Source: Fidelibacterota bacterium (GTDB lineage: Bacteria; Fidelibacterota; UBA8477). Taken from it: a stretch of 64,000 nt of DNA. The position numbers and the translations under genes are program-made. The stretch lies in NCBI GenBank assembly GCA_021734065.1, contig JAIPJQ010000001.1, positions 19,251 to 83,250 of the forward strand, given 5' to 3'. Shown piece by piece: positions 63,310-64,000 of the stretch (its first letter is position 1; each line of letters opens with the position of its first letter). The notes under the pieces were generated by a model. It was given only the letters and a program-made list of their open reading frames with translations. It did no database searches and was not told the DNA's origin.

Positions 63310-64000
63310 CTAAGCCATTTTGGGATCCACCAGAATCACCATTTTCTGTCCAGGAACCGGATTTCTCACTTTGTCCGGTGTCAATGCCAGCAATTCATTG
63401 GTCTCGGTAATAATAAAGAGCGGCAATGCCAGATCGCCGTAATGGGCACTAAATTTCTTATAATCAAACGCTTCCGTTAACTTGGTTATTTTCACCACTG
63501 AACCGGCCAGATGGCGTGTATTGATATATTTATAATCAATACCATCATCAAACAGGTAGCGCCCACGCAGATGTTGGGGAATCATGAGCTGTCCCTGTCC
63601 TGTAAGATTTCGATTGGGATTCAGTTGGTAAAGTTCTTCCCGCTCGAAAATCTCATTAAACATCAGTACAGCCAGCGCATTCGCCTCATCGCTGGAGGTG
63701 AGCGCCAGCAGTTTCCCGATGCCATCCAGGTTAATTTCGTTGAGAATATTTTCCGAAATGACATTGCAGTGATAGGCGGCGACTCCGGCCATTTTCGCTG
63801 TGTAAATGTTGGTTCGGTTGGTGTCAACCAGCGCCACCTTAAAGCCATTGGCTTTCAGTACATTGGCGATTTCCAATGCCCAGGGATGGGCTCCCACCAT
63901 GACGATACCCTGGGGATCCGACTGGGCAACCTTCAGCCACCGGGCCAAAAGCGGTGCTGTGAGACCGTAAATTGCCACCGTTCCCACAATCACCGAAAAT
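63310..64000 (-). CDS. cation:proton antiporter, C-terminal part with RCK/TrkA-N-like domain (5' end beyond window)
   Basis: The frame is open to the window edge. A last TM helix (FSVIVGTVAIYGLTAPLLARWL) precedes the Rossmann-like GIVMVGAHPWALEIANVLKANGFKVALVDTN. Confidence 0.65.
   Translation of the reverse strand, partial: FSVIVGTVAIYGLTAPLLARWLKVAQSDPQGIVMVGAHPWALEIANVLKANGFKVALVDTNRTNIYTAKMAGVAAYHCNVISENILNEINLDGIGKLLALTSSDEANALAVLMFNEIFEREELYQLNPNRNLTGQGQLMIPQHLRGRYLFDDGIDYKYINTRHLAGSVVKITKLTEAFDYKKFSAHYGDLALPLFIITETNELLALTPDKVRNPVPGQKMVILVDPKMA

Noticed and set aside
1-64000. Searched by eye for CRISPR repeats, rRNA/tRNA genes, IS elements/transposases, integrases, toxin-antitoxin pairs and known defense-system hallmarks.
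   Set aside because: I saw no direct-repeat arrays and no transposase or integrase-like ORFs. Every intergenic space is either too short or fails structural checks. The RNase H-family gene at 58227-58829 looks like a housekeeping type 1 enzyme rather than a retroelement or defense component.

Overview
Gene-dense 64 kb chromosomal window with about 60 protein genes. All but three are on the minus strand, and many have 1-11 nt stop/start overlaps. I found no rRNA, tRNA, CRISPR array, transposase or integrase. Most genes are housekeeping: lnt, ruvX, HU/IHF, rel, dnaB, udg, rpoZ, gmk, yicC, hemW, icd, pta, coaD, rsmD, hrcA-grpE-dnaJ, ftsEX, nadD, bamD, nrdR, glyA, rpiB, mreBCD-mrdA-rodA and pcm. 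Two secreted proteins carry type-A T9SS C-terminal sorting domains. The window also holds a GWxTD protein, a DUF4270-like lipoprotein and FadL/PorV-like barrels. Together these suggest an uncultured non-Bacteroidetes member of the Fibrobacteres-Chlorobi-Bacteroidetes (FCB) radiation, and the two perfect TTGACA-N17-TATAAT/TATATT promoters fit that placement. The best candidate for an undescribed system is the co-directional outer-membrane locus at 32366-41600. It starts with a consensus promoter and a roughly 150-nt structured leader that ends in an intrinsic terminator abutting the RBS. The genes that follow are a FadL/PorV-like barrel with an Asp-rich insertion, an M6-like protease homolog with a T9SS CTD whose HExxH is replaced by LMLGF, a 1067-aa chimera (MA-clan HExxH peptidase-like domain, TolB-like propeller and Omp85-type barrel), a DUF5683-like protein, and bamD. 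A second candidate is comEA followed by a signal-anchored 735-aa protein, a PilM-like protein and a PilN-like protein at 20681-25505. A SAM-methyltransferase/ATP-grasp (Ddl-like) fusion lies at 11335-13281. All functional calls rest on motifs read by eye from the translations; no database search was run.
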